Shown one piece after another: positions 40,237 through 53,288 of a stretch of 64,000 nt of DNA. Numbering within the stretch: the first letter of the stretch is position 1; each line of letters begins with the position of its first letter. The stretch spans positions 4,912,558 through 4,976,557 of the forward strand of contig CM119267.1 in assembly GCA_051294375.1 (NCBI GenBank), given 5' to 3'. Both the position numbers and the translations under genes were made by a program. The stretch comes from Paraspadella gotoi (Eukaryota; Animalia; Chaetognatha). The notes under the pieces were generated by a model. It did no database searches and was not told the DNA's origin. It saw only the letters and a program-made list of their open reading frames with translations.

Positions 40237-43200
40237 CCTCTCTCTCTCTATTCTACCTCAATTTCCTTCGCTTTCCCCACTTGAAGCCTCAAAATTGGAA
40301 AATGATGACAAACGCTTAAAAAAAAAATAAGAGTGAAAAAAATCATAAGAAAGGCACGAATTTTTTATTCAAAATCTTTTTTTTTACCGAGAATTTTCAA
40401 TAAAAAAAAATCTTCTCTTCACGGAAAACAAAAATTGAGTTTAGAGTAAAAAGAAGAAAAGAAAAATATCGAAAAATAGATAGGAAGATTAGATAAGAAA
40501 AGAAAAATATCGAAAAATAGATAGGAAGATTAGATAAGAAAAGAAAAATATAAAAGACAAAGTCGAAAACGTGATAATGATTCGGTTAGGTTACTGAGGA
40601 GACAATGAGAAAGGATTTTTTACTTGAATTGTAGCCAAACTGATTTTTATTATGATACCGTCGGTCGGTTGGTCGTGAATGCCCATTGTGATTCGATACG
40701 CGGGAGACTCATTATGGCGAAATGGATCGCAAGTAAAAGATGATTATTTTTCCTTTGTTTTTCTTAGTTTATTATTTTATCTTTTCATCCCATATCATAT
40801 CATATTGTGGCGATATATTCACACCGCCTCACATCCTATTGGCTAACACCGTCCCAGGCGTTGTGTTCCTGCCACAGTCCTAACTTCTTCCCTCTGCATT
40901 GGCAAAGCGAGACCGCGCCAGTGACAGGAGGCGTCACTGAGAGTCGGAAGCCCCCAAAGTCAACACTGAGATGCCCCATCCCAATGGGCGTCACAGGCAA
41001 CCCGGCTGTTGCCATAATATCATATAATACCATATTATATCACATAATATTAAAAGAAATTGGTACTACAAAAATACAAAATTACAAAACTACAAACAAT
41101 CTACAAAAATATCAAATCTAATGGTGACACATATACTGTAGTTTCATTTCAGCTATTTTATTTTTCTTTCCTCTTTGTTTCGTTTGTAGACTCGTTTTGT
41201 TTTACTTGTTTATCCTTTTCCAGGCTTGTTTCGCATCTCTCATTTCTCCGCGGGCTTTTTGTTTTTATCGTCTCGTTTTCTCATTTCTTTCACGTGTTTC
41301 GTCTTCCTCTCTGCGTGTTTTGTTTTTATCGTCTCCTTTTTTACTGTTTCGTCTTTCCATCCACGTGTTTAATTTTTTTTCTCTCTCTCTTCTTCTTTCT
41401 TCTTCATTTTTCCTCATTTTTTCATTTCATCTTTTCATTAATATTCTTCATTCGTAATTAGTTTTTTTTTTTTTTNNNNNNNNNNNNNNNNNNNNNNNNN
41501 GATGAGGTAATTCGATGGAGAGAAACGAGAGAAGGCACGCCTGCGCAGTGTTTGAGGGGGGGGGGGGTCTCTCTCCGGCACGATACGGAGGTACGTCTCC
41601 TAATTTCGATTCTCAAAATAAAACATTTCTCTATCTATCCACTTTTCTTTGTTTATCGGGAATAACTGAGTTGGCAAAGGAACTTGGATTCCCTCTTCCT
41701 TTTTCACAACCGACTTCGGCTCTCCGATTTTGAAGTCATTTGAAGCAGACGTTTGCGTCACTTGTCCGTGATAAAAATTGGCAAGAGTGTAGTATAAATG
41801 GAAGACAAACTGGTAGGAAATGTTACAATAGCGGAGCTGAAAAGAAGAAATGATTGTCATCACACTTCTCTCTTCTCGCGATTTTCTGCGACTCGCAACA
41901 CCACATCTCCAATCTCCATTTGTAAATCTCCTTCCCTTTCTCTCTCCTAAATCCACCCGATCCGCGTCTACAATGCCGTCAACGGTCTCGGTTGTCGTCG
42001 TCGTCGTCGTCGTAACGTCCGTTGGTCGCCCGAAAAGCCTCGACTTACTGCAAGAAACCCGGCGAGTTAAGCGAACGCCGTGACGGTAATCGGGTGACGT
42101 TGCGGTTGGCATAGCGCCAAACCGAACGAAAGGTAAGGCGTGACGTCAGCGAAACGTTATGTTTGCCTCGTCGTCATCGTCGTCGTGGGCGTTCGTTCAC
42201 AATTGTGATCGCGAAAAATGCCGGTAAGGGCACTTGGAAGACTTTCTATAGAAGGGAGGGATTGAGAGAGATAGGAGAAGAGGAGGTTTGGGGGAATTTA
42301 TCCGAGAATTGGTATGAGAAAGGAGAGTAGAGAGAGAGAGAGAGAGAGAGAAGAGAAGAAGAGAGAGAGAGAGAGAAGAGCAGAGTAAGAGAGAGAGAGA
42401 GAGAGGAGAGAGAGCCACAAAGTTGTCCCGCCGAGGAACATCAAACATCGAACGTTCGAACATGAAAATTTCGGAATATTTTCTTTTATATCTTGCTAGA
42501 AAATAGGCTCCGCACTACGGTGCCGATAATTTCGACGACATTCATCTTTTACCCAAGACGCCCAGGATTTGACATTTGGTCTGTTTCAACTTTCTTGGTA
42601 TGTCAGCCGGGTTGGCGCTCTCTCATTTATCTTACGCGCTCTCTCACAGGTCTTTCTTTGTCGATTTTTTTCTCTTCCTCTCTCACTCTTTCCTTAACTT
42701 TTCTCCTTCTCTCAGCTTAGATAACGAATCTTCCTTATTTTTCTGAGAACTTCTTAGTCAAGGATTGTTCAGTCGACACAACAAAGAAATTGCGATTTTG
42801 AAGATATTCTCTGTCTCTGTCTCCACACTTTCTTTCCCAGGATTCTCTCCTTTTTCTTGCAGCTTTATCTTTTCCAGGTTCGAAGTTCAACTTTTGGCCA
42901 GTGTTTCGATCCGCGCAATACTTAATTGAGTTATTTGGCTTTAATTCTTTGATTAAAAAATTACAAGAATAAAAAGTTTGCCTAAAATTCTCTCTCCTCT
43001 CCTCCTCTCTCTCGCTCTTTCTCTCTCTCTCTCTCCTCTCTCTCTCTCCTCTCTCTCTCTTCGTCTTCTCTCTTCTCTCGTAATCTCTCTCTTCTCACCT
43101 CCGCCCTCTTTTCGGCGGGGCGTCGCATCTGGCCTCTAGCCCGTCCTAGGAAGGACATTCAAGGGATTTAGATCTTTTTTTTCTTTTGGCCGAAGCAACT

Positions 43201-43701
43201 TTGGCGCCATCAATGATTCAAATTCTAGTCAGCCCCTCTCGCCACTTCTCCCCTTGCGCACTCGTTTCTTTCACCTTCGGAATGCATCTTTTCTTTTTTA
43301 AAAGGCGCGCGCGATTCTCAGGCTGAGCGATAAAAAACTTTCAAAAGAAAGTATAGACTGACAGGTGAGTCAACCAGAAACAGGTAAGTTATGCCGAATA
43401 TCGTAATAGGTTGTTGAAAGTTTCACCACTCTCCTGGTTGTCGAAAACTGGGCATGCTAACCGTATAGTTGATTGTCTCAACAGAGTCGATGCGTCTGTA
43501 ACTTTTTTATATTCGTTCCTAAACCAGGAGATTTCTCGTCTCTCTCCTCTCTAATCTCTCCTCTCTCTCTCTCATCTTCGGTCTCTCGAGACGATCTTCC
43601 TCGTCTCTCTCTCTTTTCTCTCTCTCTCTCTCTTTCTCGCTCTCTCCTCTTCTCTCTTCGTCTCATCATCTCTCTCTCTCTCCTCTCTCTCTTTCTCTCA
43701 G

Positions 43702-43781
43702 GCCAGTCGCTGGAATTTTCGGTCTCGACGACGTTCGGTGCCAGCGGATGGCATCGTCTGGCAGTTCCTCTTCAGTCTCTC
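43702..43781 (+). CDS. Candidate exon with an SRCR-like (GIFGLDDVRC) or LamG/TSPN-like (GWHRLAV) motif
   Basis: Follows a long CT tract ending in CAG. One frame reads GQSLEFSVSTTFGASGWHRLAVPLQSL and another reads PVAGIFGLDDVRC. Confidence 0.3.
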
Positions 43782-43939
43782 GTAATCGTTGCTTTTAAAA
43801 CCTTTGCTTTCCACGCGATATATCCCTTTTTCCCGCCATTTGGTTTTCTTTGCTAGTCGCTATGATATTATTGAATTCCATCTCAGTTAAAATATACGAG
43901 AGTAAAAATAGATAATAATATAATGAATCATCTCTTAAC

Positions 43940-44025
43940 GATGCCACTCGATGTCGCTCGATGCCACTCGATGTCGCTCGATGCCACTCAATACCACTCG
44001 ATGTCACACATTGCCACTCTATGCC
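43940..44025. repeat. 10/20-bp minisatellite (GATGCCACTC/GATGTCGCTC)
   Basis: About 8 tandem decamers. Confidence 0.9.
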
Positions 44026-44261
44026 ACTTTAAAACGCCAAAAATCGATACCAGGGATCGGCTCAACCCGGAAACGTCGATGGGTTTTTACCATCAAATGG
44101 TATTTATGGCTTAATGGCGACGACTCTACTGGATGGCAAAATCCATTAAAAAACAACCAAAAAAAAAAACAAAACAAAAAAAACAACGAAACATATGTAA
44201 TTAAATTCATTAGTGAAATGGTTTTTGAATATTGTAAGTAGGTCAGTCAGGTTAAAGATTC

Positions 44262-44337
44262 AATCAAGCAATGGAAGCAATCAAGCAATGGAAGCAATCA
44301 AGCAATAGATGCAATCAAGCAATGGAAGCAATCAAGC
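44262..44337. repeat. 17-bp minisatellite (AATCAAGCAATGGAAGC)
   Basis: About 4.5 tandem units. Confidence 0.9.
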
Positions 44338-44613
44338 ATCGACGTCGGATCGACGAATGAAAGAGCAGATGGAAGACGAAACTCGTCGATGGAACGAAAC
44401 AAAAGGACAATGCGACAATAGAGGGCGTCGAAATATTGTCGTCGTGGAAACCGCGAATTGCATTGATGCCGATGGGAAGAGAAAATAAACAAAAGGCTAT
44501 TTTTTTTGGTTTTTTTTTTGTGTGTGTGGATATATTGTGACAATTCGGTTATGATACATTTCCAAGTTTGTTTCGAGATTGAATGTCTCTATTTTGATTT
44601 TTTGATTTTTTTA

Positions 44614-44669
44614 AATATTTTGCTGATGAAGACTCGTACCACTAAGAGTCGAAACATGTACAATAATAA
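44614..44669 (+). ncRNA. Minimal type I hammerhead ribozyme, Penelope-like element (pLTR) type
   Basis: In order: TTG, CTGATGA (44623-44629), A, stem II GACTC/GAGTC around a 10-nt loop, GAAA (44651-44654), minimal stem III inside the palindrome ACATGT, cleavage triplet GTA (cut after 44660), then CAA closing stem I. The upstream DNA is T-rich and AATAAA follows immediately. Confidence 0.8.
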
Positions 44670-45065
44670 AAATAAATTTGCTATTCCAACGATTTTTTCG
44701 TTTCATCTCTAAACTATTTTAAATAGCAAAAAAGAAAGTCAAAATACAATATTTTCCCCTAATTCAGCAAATAACGTCTATCAAATTTATACATTGTATA
44801 TCATAGATAAAATCAATTCATAACGAACATTGAACGGCTTTTGAAGTGCTCTTCCACACTAAGGCTTATATTTTCTGTTCTTCCTAACTTTGAATTTTCT
44901 CGATTTGAACGCATGTTGATTTGATTTGATTGATTGATTTGAGTTCCGAAGAAAGTTTCACTGGGTCCTGACGACCGCTGTTCAATATCCATCTTCGGAA
45001 CATTGCCCGGCACAGTTCTCTTTGAAACCTCTCCCCCTCAACACTGCGCTCAGTCCCGAACAGTC

Positions 45066-45066
45066 C

Positions 45067-45108
<42 letters not shown>

Positions 45109-45113
45109 CACCG

Positions 45114-45148
<35 letters not shown>

Positions 45149-45158
45149 ACCGCCACCG
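45066..45158. repeat. (CCG/CCA)n trinucleotide repeat
   Basis: About 30 triplets. Confidence 0.95.
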
Positions 45159-45408
45159 ACTCCAGGTCCGCCATCTGGACTCGCCCGCCATTCTCTTCTC
45201 TCGAATCTCGAATTATCCTCTTTTTTCAATTTTTCGGTTCTTTTTTTTATTTGATCTGAATCGAAGCTGCGCGGAATTTTTCGAAAAGTTTGAAACGAAC
45301 TTCCGAACTTTAGAAGCAGATGGGTTTTTTTATTTTGGGAAAAATCGACAATGAACGAAAGGGTCCCTTTTTTTAAACGGTTCGGCAGAAGCGTCGTCTT
45401 GGTCTTCG

Positions 45409-45566
45409 TCGTGATCGTCGTCATCATCGTCGTCGCTTTCGTCGTCATCATCGTCGTCGCTTTCGTCGTCATCATCGTCGTCGCTTTCGTCGTCATCATC
45501 GTCGTCGCTTTCGTCGTCATCATCGTCGTCGCGTTCGTCGTCATCATCGTCGTCGCTTTCGTCGTC
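45409..45566. repeat. 24-bp higher-order repeat (GTCGTCATCATCGTCGTCGCTTTC), about 6 units
   Basis: Near-perfect tandem units derived from a GTC/ATC microsatellite. Confidence 0.92.
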
Positions 45567-46563
45567 AAAATCTTTTTATTCTTTTTCGCCTTCGTCGTTT
45601 TAATCTTAGTCTTCCGACTTTCAGTCCCTCTCGAAAATAAAATTGTTAAAAAGGAAATCAACAATTATTTATTATATCATTTAACGAAACGTTCAAAATA
45701 GCCTCCCAAAAAATTAGTCGAAACGTAAACAGCGATAAAAGGAACAAAGGCGGGACGCTAACGTTCCAACGACTTTTCTTCCCTCTGGCGACAAATAACA
45801 TTTTCCAAGTAGAAGGGAAAAAAAGGGCATCGGAAAAAGTCTCGTTGTTATCGTTATTATTTTCGTTATTGTTGTTATTCTCGTTTTTGCCGGAAGAAAG
45901 ATGACAACAACAATAAAAAATATCTCGAGAGAAAAGGAGAAATGGAATAAAAACTCGCAAGGAAGAAGAAGAAGAGGAGGAGGAGGAGGAGGAGGAGGAG
46001 GAGGAGGGCACAACCATTGGGGACAGTTAAGTACTCTTCCTCTTGTCCCTGCCCCATTCTTCCCTCCTTTCCTCCCTTCCTCCCTTCCCCACTTTCTTCC
46101 TTATCCTCCCACGCAAATCAGTCGCGCGACTTCGCTATTTCCCACGCGTTTCGAACCTCTGTACAAAATCGTTAGGAGTCGGAGACCGCCGGACAGACAG
46201 ACAAACAGACTGATCTAGAGACACAGACAGGGGATCCTCTAACACTATAATCTATTCGATCGATATCATTCCTAATTTAATGGCCCACGTCTTCCTTGAA
46301 ATTTCCTTCGGCTTCAAGATCAACTCTAACACAACCGTTCAGTTTTACCCACAAACTGTAGACTACAGTCTACACGCAACAGTCCCCCCCCACCGACCCA
46401 CCGTCCACAACCCCTTGTATTTTTCACCCCCACAAAACCCCTCTCACAACCGGGGATCGTCGTCTCGAATTTCCCCCTCGGAGAAAATTCCTCTCGTTTA
46501 CTCACGACCTTTTGTTTTTCGCAAATTTATTGAGAAATATGACAGGGCCAGTGTTTTCTTGTA

Positions 46564-46930
46564 TTTTTAGGACTCGCGGAGCAACTCCATAAGTCACTTT
46601 TCGGACGGTCTGTCGGTCGGTCGGTATGTCTGTCCGTCGGTCAGTCCCACTTACGTTAAAGATGCATATAATTTGCATAAAGTTGATTGCTCATTTGTTA
46701 AGACAGAAAAAAAAATCAAATCTAAGGGACTGCTTGCGACGCCTTTAGGAATTCCTAAAACTATAAGGTATAAAAGGTTTGAATTTTGATACTGCGAAAA
46801 TCATAAATACATGGGTAAAGAAAGTTTTTTGTCATGTCATATCATATCATGTCATATCATGTGATCAAAGGGAAATACTTGTGAAAATAAAGTCACTGCG
46901 GCGCAACACATTGGAATTACCATTCTTTTT
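46564..46930 (+). mobile_element. HINE/DINE-1-like (Helentron-associated) non-autonomous element
   Basis: Begins in a T-run (TTTTTAGGACTCGCGGAGCAACTCCATAAGTCAC), followed by a GTCG/GTCT/GTCC tetranucleotide microsatellite. The body is shared with 55336-55703 and 7341-7585. Confidence 0.65.
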
Positions 46931-47600
46931 TTTTTTTAAGAGGGTCTTGTTTTGGTTTTTTTCTCTTTTATGTTTCTTCCTCGGTTTTTCTTTTTACGGT
47001 TTTTTTTTTGACGCATCAAAACAAGATGTAAAATAAAATGAAGTTTTAGGAATATACATTAAAACGAAAAGTTCCCAGAACAAAAGTTCATATCAAAAAT
47101 ACTTAGTCAATATTTATTTGAAGATACAACAGTTCAGTGTTGAATAGCGAAAAACAGACAAACTGAAAAACAGACCTATCATCCGACATACTGACCGACC
47201 AATCTCGCCAGACTCCCTCGTCCCTTTCAGCAAATTACGGACCTCGAAATCCGATCTTTTTACGCGCGGAGGCGTCTTCGTTTTTTCCAACTTATTTTTT
47301 TCTCCTCAATTTTATTCCTTTTCTTGATTGTTTTTAATCGCTTTCATTTCACCTCTCTCCTCTTCTCTCCCCTCTCCCCTCTCTCACTCTCTCTTCTCTT
47401 CTCTCTCTCTCTCTCTCTCTTTCACTCTCTCTCTTTCTTCTCTCCCTCCTCTCTCTCCCTTTCCCGAAGATATAAGTTTACCAAATCTAAAGACTCAGGA
47501 AAGAAAGCGTCCAATGGAACCGCGGTGGCCAGCCGCCTCAACCGCCGGTAACCGCCGCCGCAACCGCCTCCGCAACCAGCCGGCCGCAGCCGCCGCCGCC

Positions 47601-48251
47601 GCCGCAACGCGCCGCCGCAGCCGCCGCCCAGAAGCTTCGCGTCGCTGAACGGTCAGCGTTGTTTTCCATCGACTGTTTCCTTCTCAACTTCTTCGCGTTT
47701 CTCATTCTCTTCTTTTTCTTTTTAACTTTTTTCTTTTTCCTTTTCCTTTAATACTTTTTCCCTTTTATCTCTCTCTCCTCTCTCTCTCTTCTCCATCTCT
47801 CTCTCTCTTCATCATCTCTATCGTCTGTCTCTATCTCTCTCTCTCTCCCCGCTCTCTCCCCCGGCGACCGTTTCAGAACTTCACTATCCTCCCATTTAAT
47901 CTCGCGGTTTCCGGACATTAAGCGGATCCTCCCAAGTATTGTTGTCGTCGTCGTCGGTCGTCGCGTCGTCGTCGTCGTCGTCGCTCGTCGTCGTCGTCGT
48001 CGTCGTCGTGCATCGTCGTCGTCCGTCGTCGTCGTCCGCCTAATCGTTGGCGTCAATGTTGTTATTTGCCCTCACACGTCAATCACATCATTGTGCGTCA
48101 TACGCTGTCAATATACAATGACAGACACAGTTGTCATTGTCGTGTCATCGTCTTCTTGTTGTTGTTTTCAAAAGTTAAACCTCGTGGCCTTTTGATTACT
48201 CTCCTCACTGTTTTTTTTTCCATCTGTCTGTCTTATCATGGCTGGCTATCT

Positions 48252-48304
<53 letters not shown>

Positions 48305-51300
48305 ACTCTGCTCTTCTCCGATTCTTTCCCTCGTCTCTTTATCTCTCTCTCTTCTCTCTCTCTCTCTCTCTCGCTCCTCTCTTCATCTCTCTCATCGTCC
48401 TCTCTCTCTCTTCTTCTCTTTCTTCTCCTCATCTCTCTCTCCTCTCTCTCTCGCCTCTTCCCTCTCCTCCGTCTCTCCTCCTCTCTCCACTCTTCTCTCT
48501 CATCTCTCCTCTCTCTCCTCTCCGTCTCCCTCTCTCTCTCCTACCTCTCTGTCTCTCTCCTTCTCCTCACTCTTCTCTCTCTCCTTTTTCCGTTAGAGTT
48601 TTGACACTCGGTCGCCACCCTTACTCTCACTTAACACAGGAAACCAACAGGGAATCGTATTCTGCCTCAATTGGCATCATCAACATAATCGATCATCATC
48701 ATCATCAATCATCAATCATCAAACATATAATCATCAATCATCTCAATCACTCATCATCATCATCAAATCAATACATCTTCATTCATCATCATCCATCATC
48801 TTCATCGTCGTCGTCGTCGATCGTGCGTCGTCGTCGATCTCTTTCTCGAACAATTGATTTGTTGTCGTTTCGACCAGCTCCCTCCTCCTCCTCCTCCTCC
48901 TTCCTCACTCCTTCTCAAAGAGGAAATGATCTCCTTCCACAGAATCCCAGCTCCTGTCACCCCTCTCTTCTTCCCTCTTCTCCTCGTTCCCCTCTCCCCT
49001 CATCCCCTCTCTCCCACTATCATCCAACTCATTTCCGCCCTCTTCCTTCTCTCCTCTCTTTCCGCTCTCATTCCCCTCTCCTCTCCTTCTTTTCCCGCCA
49101 AACCACAAAAAAAAAAAAAAAACCATGATTTAATGAATCCATTTTGGGAATTCTTCGATTGGAGCGAGCTGGAATTTTTATTATTCAGATGTAAAAGGGG
49201 AGCCAGCCTAGAGACGTTGTCCTTCCGATGGTGAAGCCGATTTGTCAGCCACTGGAGGCAGATGAAGTGGGGAGAAATCTGTAGGGGCATTGGACATTTT
49301 TTTTAAAAAAAATTATACTTGAAAAATATTTATTTACTTAATTTTTTCGACCAGAATATATTTTGGAAGCTTATAATAAGATCTTATTGAAGTAGGCCAT
49401 CGACCGTCCATTAGTACAGACTTGTTAAGTTTTAAGTTTTTCTCTTCTTTTGTCAATAACAAAAAACGGGAACATGTCTCGACTGAGGGGGGTTGTGAGC
49501 GCCTGTGAGATTTGGAGGCGTCAACCATTTTGCGACGAAGTTTTTGGCAATCGGAGAGTAAACGAAAGGAGAGAGGGAGGGGGGGGACTTGGGGCGACTC
49601 TCTGGTCGAGAACTGTGATGGCGCATTATCGCCGAGGCGGGCCCCGGGGGCTGAAGCTGCGGGCCAGGCTGCGGGCGAGATGCGGCAGGCTGAGCTGCGA
49701 GTAGGAAAACGGCGTAAAAAAGAATTCTCCATGAGCTTGCTTGTTTGGCTTGTCTTCTTTTGTTATCTTTGTTTCGTATTTTTTGTTCGTGCTTTTTTTT
49801 TTCTTTCTTTCTTCTTTCCTTTCTTTTTTNNNNNNNNNNNNNNNNNNNNNNNNNGCCGCAACCGCCGCCGCAGCCGCCGCCCAGAGCTTCCGTCTGCTGA
49901 CGTCAGCGTTGTTTTCCTCGACTGTTTCCTTCTCACTTCTCTTCGCGTTTCTCTTCTTTTTCTTTTATAACTTTTTTCTTTTTCCTTTTCCTTTAATACT
50001 TTTTCCCTTTATCTCTCTCTCCTCTCTCTCTCTTCTCCTCTCTCTCTCTCTTCTCTCTCTATCTCTGCTCTTCCTCTCTCTCCGCTCTCTCCCCCGCGCC
50101 GTTTTAGACTTCACTATCCTCCCATTATCTCGCGGTTCCGGACATTAAGCGGATCCTCCCAGTCATTGTTTGTCGTCGTCGTCGGTCGTCGTCGTCGTCG
50201 TCGTCGTCGTCGTGCGTCGTCGTCGTCGTCGTCGTCGTCGTGCATCGTCGTCGTCCGTCGTCGTCGTCCGCCTAATCGTTCGTCAATGTTGTTATTTGCT
50301 CACGCATCACATCATTGTCGTCATCGCTGTCAATATAAATGACAGACACAGTTGTCATTGTCGTGTCATCGTCTTCTTGTTGTTGTTTTCAAAGTTAACC
50401 TCGTGGCCTTTTGATTCTCTCTCACTGTTTTTTTTCCTCGTTGTCTTATCTGGTGCTTCTCTCTCTCTCTCTCTCTCTCCTTCTCCTCCTCTCTCTCTCT
50501 TTCTCTCTCTCTCTGCTCTTCTCGTCTTCTCGTCTTCTCTTTCTCTCTCTTCTCTCTCTTCGCTCTCTCTCTCTCTCTCACGTCCTCTCTCTCTCTTCTT
50601 CTCTTTCTTCTCTCATCTCTCTCTCCTCTCTCTCTCCCTCTTCCTCTCTCCTCCGTCTCTCCTCCTCTCTCCATCTTCTCTCTCTTCTCCTTCTCTCCTC
50701 TCCTCCTCTCTCTTCTACCTCTCTTCTCTCTCTTTCCCACTCTCTCTCTCTCTTTTCCGTTGAGTTTTGCACTCGGTCGCCCACCCTTACCTCACTTAAC
50801 ACGGAAACCAACGGGAATCGTATTCTGCCTCAATTGCATCATCAACATAATCATCATCATCATATCATCATCATCATCACATATATCATCAATCATCTCA
50901 ATCATCATCATCATCATCATCATACATCTATCATCTTCCATCATTTCTGTCGTCGTCGTCGTCGTCGTCGTCGTCGATCTCTTTCTCATCATTGATTTGT
51001 TTGTCGTTTCGCCAGCTCCCTCCTCCTCCTCCTCCTCCTTCCTCCTCCTTCTCAAAGAGGAAATGATCTCCTTCCACAGATCCCAGTCCTGTCACCCCTC
51101 TCTTCTTCCTCTTCTCCTCTTCCCCTCTCCCCTCATCCTCTCCCCACTATCTCCACTCATTACCCCTCTTCCTTCTCTCCTCTCTTTCCGCTCTCATTCC
51201 CCTCTCCTCTCCTTCTTTTCCCGCCAAACCACAAAAAAAAAAAAAAAACATTTATGATCCATTTTGGGAATTCTTCGATGGAGCGAGCTGGAATTTTTAT

Positions 51301-51846
51301 TCGATGTAGGAGCCGCTAGAGACGTTGTCGATGGTAGAGCGATTTGTCAGCACTGGAGCAGATGAGTGGGAGAAATCTGTAGGGGCATTGGACTTTTTTA
51401 AAGATACTTGAAAATATTTATTTATTTTTTTCCAGAATATATTTTGGAGCTTATAATAAGATCTTATTGAAGGCCATCGGACCGTCGCATTAGTACAGAC
51501 TTGTTAAGTTTAAGTTTTTCTTTGTCAAATTAACAAAAGACGGGACATGTCTCGACTGAGTTGTGAGCCTGTGAGACTTTGGGAGGCGTCAACCATTTTG
51601 CGACGAAGTTTTTGGCATCGGGAGAACGAAAGGGAGAGAGGGAGGGGGGGGGACTTGGGGCGACTCTCTGGGGTCGAGACTGTGATGGCGCATTATCGCC
51701 GAGGCGGGCTGAAGCCTGCGGGCGGCTGCGGCGAGATGCGGCAGGCTGAGCTGGAGTAGAACGGCGTAAAAAAGATCTCCATCGAGCTTGCTTGTTTGCT
51801 TGTCTTTCTTTTGTTATCTTTGTTTCGTATTTTTGTTCGTGCTTTT

Positions 51847-51850
<4 letters not shown>
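47601..51850. repeat. ~2.2-kb tandem duplication 47601-49829 / 49855-51850 across a 25-N gap, probable assembly artefact
   Basis: Colinear copies differ mostly by small indels. The N run is 49830-49854. Confidence 0.88.
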
Positions 51851-51945
<95 letters not shown>

Positions 51946-52444
51946 ACACTTTCTAAAATTAGCACTAAACTTTTCCAACTAAGAGAATCCATCAGCGGAG
52001 ATGGTGAACGGTAACGGAAAGTGGGGTTAGGCGGCGGCAGCTGCAGCATCGGCAGCAGCAGCAGCGGCGGCACCGACGCTAGTGTTTGTTTTTTGTTTTG
52101 TCGAGTTTGTTCTTTCTTTTCCCCGTTTTTGTCCTCGTCGTCGTNNNNNNNNNNGTCGTCGTCGTCGCTAATGATAAAGTTCGGTGGTTTTTGAAGGGAA
52201 ACTCTTTGTTAAGACTTTTAGTGAAGTCTCGCTGTTGTGAGTCGGTGATGTAGTGAGGTCGACGATGGAGAGAGGAGAAAAGAATGGAGAGCGAGACAAT
52301 GGGCGGGGCCCGTCGGGTCATTCACCTCGTCTCGTCTAAGACTCCGGTTGGTAACGAATCTATTACAAATGTTGTGAAATCAAAACAAGGCCCAAAGGAA
52401 GGCGGCCCGTTCAAATTTTTTTTTTTAGCGTTTTCGTCCCGAAC

Positions 52445-52546
52445 GTATGGCAATGCCCACGAATAGGTCGTGAACAATGCCCACAAATTGGTCGTACGGC
52501 AATTCCCACGAATTGGTCGTACGGCAATGCCCACGAATTGGTCGTA
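52445..52546. repeat. 25-bp minisatellite (GTACGGCAATGCCCACGAATTGGTC), 4 units
   Basis: Head-to-tail units without spacers. Confidence 0.9.
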
Positions 52547-52872
52547 CACAACGCCCGCGTATAGGTTGTGTCGTTGAACAAACTCTCGGTGACCTGATTG
52601 CTATTATCTCTCACGACATTCTAGTTACAGGAAAATCGTTCACATTTAAATAAAAAGTTTCACAATGTCACGATCGTGAAAATTTGTCTACGCTGAACAA
52701 TGTTGACCTCGAGCCCACTGTTCCTTCCACCACAACCACAACCACAACCACAATATCTACGCCGATATCTTCCACCACAATCGATCCCCACACAGAACCT
52801 AGAGAGAATGTCCCCGAGTTCGGATGAATAAATTTCTCGGTTCTTCCTCCCTCAGGTGTTGCCGCTCTCTCC

Positions 52873-52919
<47 letters not shown>

Positions 52920-52974
52920 TCTCTCTCTCTGTTCTTCCTCAGTTGCGCTCCTCGTTCCTCCCTCTCTCTTTCTC

Positions 52975-53005
<31 letters not shown>

Positions 53006-53104
53006 GTTTCCTCTCAGGTGTTTACTGGCTCTCTCTGTCTCGTCCCTGTCTATTTGTCTCGTCTGGTTCTGTCGTGTGTCGTCCTCTTCTCTCTCTTTCC
53101 TCAG

Positions 53105-53288
53105 GTGTTGCCGCGTTTTCATCACGATAAAACTGGGTAAAACGAAAGGAATTAGTTTTACGTTCCGCGATTGGAATTCGCGATTTCATGATCCTTCTGC
53201 GTTTATATGATTTCCTGGAGCCAAAGTTTTCGGTATCGGCATACGGCGAATTCAAGAGGATGAAACAGACCTTCGACTCGTCTACTGA
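53105..53288 (+). pseudogene. Frameshifted VWA-like exon candidate (VFIT..., GAKVFGIGI)
   Basis: Follows a (CT)n-CAG acceptor. Two motifs resemble VWA strands (hhhhTDG and GhxhFxhGhG) but lie in different frames. Confidence 0.25.

Larger units (their letters stand above)
29087..41475. repeat. ~6-kb tandem duplication 29087-35085 / 35536-41475 (offset ~6448) across a 25-N gap, probable assembly artefact
   Basis: The copies are colinear and give identical ORFs at 29861 and 36309. The second copy has internal N gaps where the first has indel-rich fill. Confidence 0.9.

Noticed and set aside
29087-41475. Genuine recent segmental duplication
   Set aside because: The 25-N junction, indel-dominated differences and complementary gap patterns point to an assembly artefact, pending read-depth data.
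44950-45030. Second hammerhead at CTGACGA (44968)
   Set aside because: No stem II followed directly by GAAA and no valid stem III or cleavage triplet could be built.
52445-52546. 25-bp repeats as a CRISPR array
   Set aside because: The units are head-to-tail with no unique spacers, there are no cas genes, and the context is eukaryotic.
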